Below, piece by piece: positions 63,870-64,000 of a stretch of 64,000 bases of DNA. Source of the DNA: Thaumarchaeota archaeon UBA141 (GTDB lineage Archaea; Thermoproteota; Nitrososphaeria; Nitrososphaerales; UBA141); contig DAEN01000040.1 in assembly GCA_002495315.1 (NCBI GenBank), forward strand, positions 51,553-115,552, written 5' to 3'. Under the pieces are notes generated by a model. It searched no databases. It was not told where the DNA came from and saw only the letters and a program-made list of their open reading frames with translations. Both the position numbers and the translations under genes were made by a program. Within the stretch, counting starts at the first letter, position 1. Each line of letters begins with the position of its first letter.

Positions 63870-64000
63870 TCACCAGACGTAGGCTGCCAAAAACTCTTGA
63901 TAGCGTTTGAGATCCTCTACCTGATTGACTGAGCCTTTAGTCACGATATTCAGCTGCTTCCGGAAAGACAGATCGAATTTTCTTTTTCTAGCGTTGAGTA
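63870..64000 (-). CDS. 3' end of an unidentified gene running off the window
   Basis: The minus-strand frame reads ..LNARKRKFDLSFRKQLNIVTKGSVNQVEDLKRYQEFLAAYVW-stop (stop at 63870-63872). Only 42 codons are visible. Confidence 0.3.
   Translation of the reverse strand, partial: LNARKRKFDLSFRKQLNIVTKGSVNQVEDLKRYQEFLAAYVW

Noticed and set aside
1-64000. CRISPR arrays, cas genes, transposases, integrases, toxin-antitoxin or other defence modules
   Set aside because: Reading both strands showed no regularly spaced repeats beyond the short ones listed. No ORF has recombinase, transposase, Cas or recognisable defence-protein motifs. The tRNA-adjacent regions lack duplicated tRNA 3' segments.

Overview
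This 64-kb window looks like an archaeal chromosome segment, most likely from a Thaumarchaeota/Nitrososphaeria-type (TACK) lineage. GC is moderate, roughly mid-40s percent by eye (not computed). It is densely packed with about 70 genes, mostly housekeeping. Archaeal hallmarks are ribosomal proteins S19e, L39e and L31e, RNase P Rpp21, Nep1, Orc1/Cdc6, archaeal DnaG, Pelota, proteasome beta, TiaS, two PurP paralogs, MAP2, archaeal PPAT and NMNAT. Metabolic genes include glycine cleavage P-protein (gcvPA/PB), the aspartate-family genes (hom-ask-asd and thrC-thrB) and malic enzyme. RNA genes are an unlinked 5S rRNA, an SRP (7S) RNA and four tRNAs. All four tRNAs carry introns, and two introns sit at non-canonical positions. 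I saw no CRISPR array, transposase, integrase or recognisable defence system. The best candidate for something new is a translationally coupled three-gene membrane operon at 30056-33091. It encodes an archaeosortase-like protein with Ser where the family has its catalytic Cys, a CslA-like processive GT2 glycan synthase, and a bitopic membrane partner. A PEF-CTERM cargo protein lies in a cell-envelope islet at 18189-22620 that splits the aspartate-family genes. Other points worth a second look:
- A MoaD/SAMP-like ubiquitin-fold protein ending in GG+GSQ overlaps a tRNA methylthiotransferase gene.
- An FtsZ homolog has degenerate GTP-binding and T7 motifs.
- A perfect 33-bp tandem duplication lies in a long L31e tail.
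- The conserved N-terminus of gcvPA lies upstream of any canonical start codon.
- A truncated solute-binding-protein gene abuts tRNA-Leu.
- A Hef-like helicase has no nuclease domain.
- Orc1/Cdc6 is coupled to a small wHTH gene with no obvious origin nearby.
All calls come from reading the sequence and the supplied ORF translations. No database search was run.
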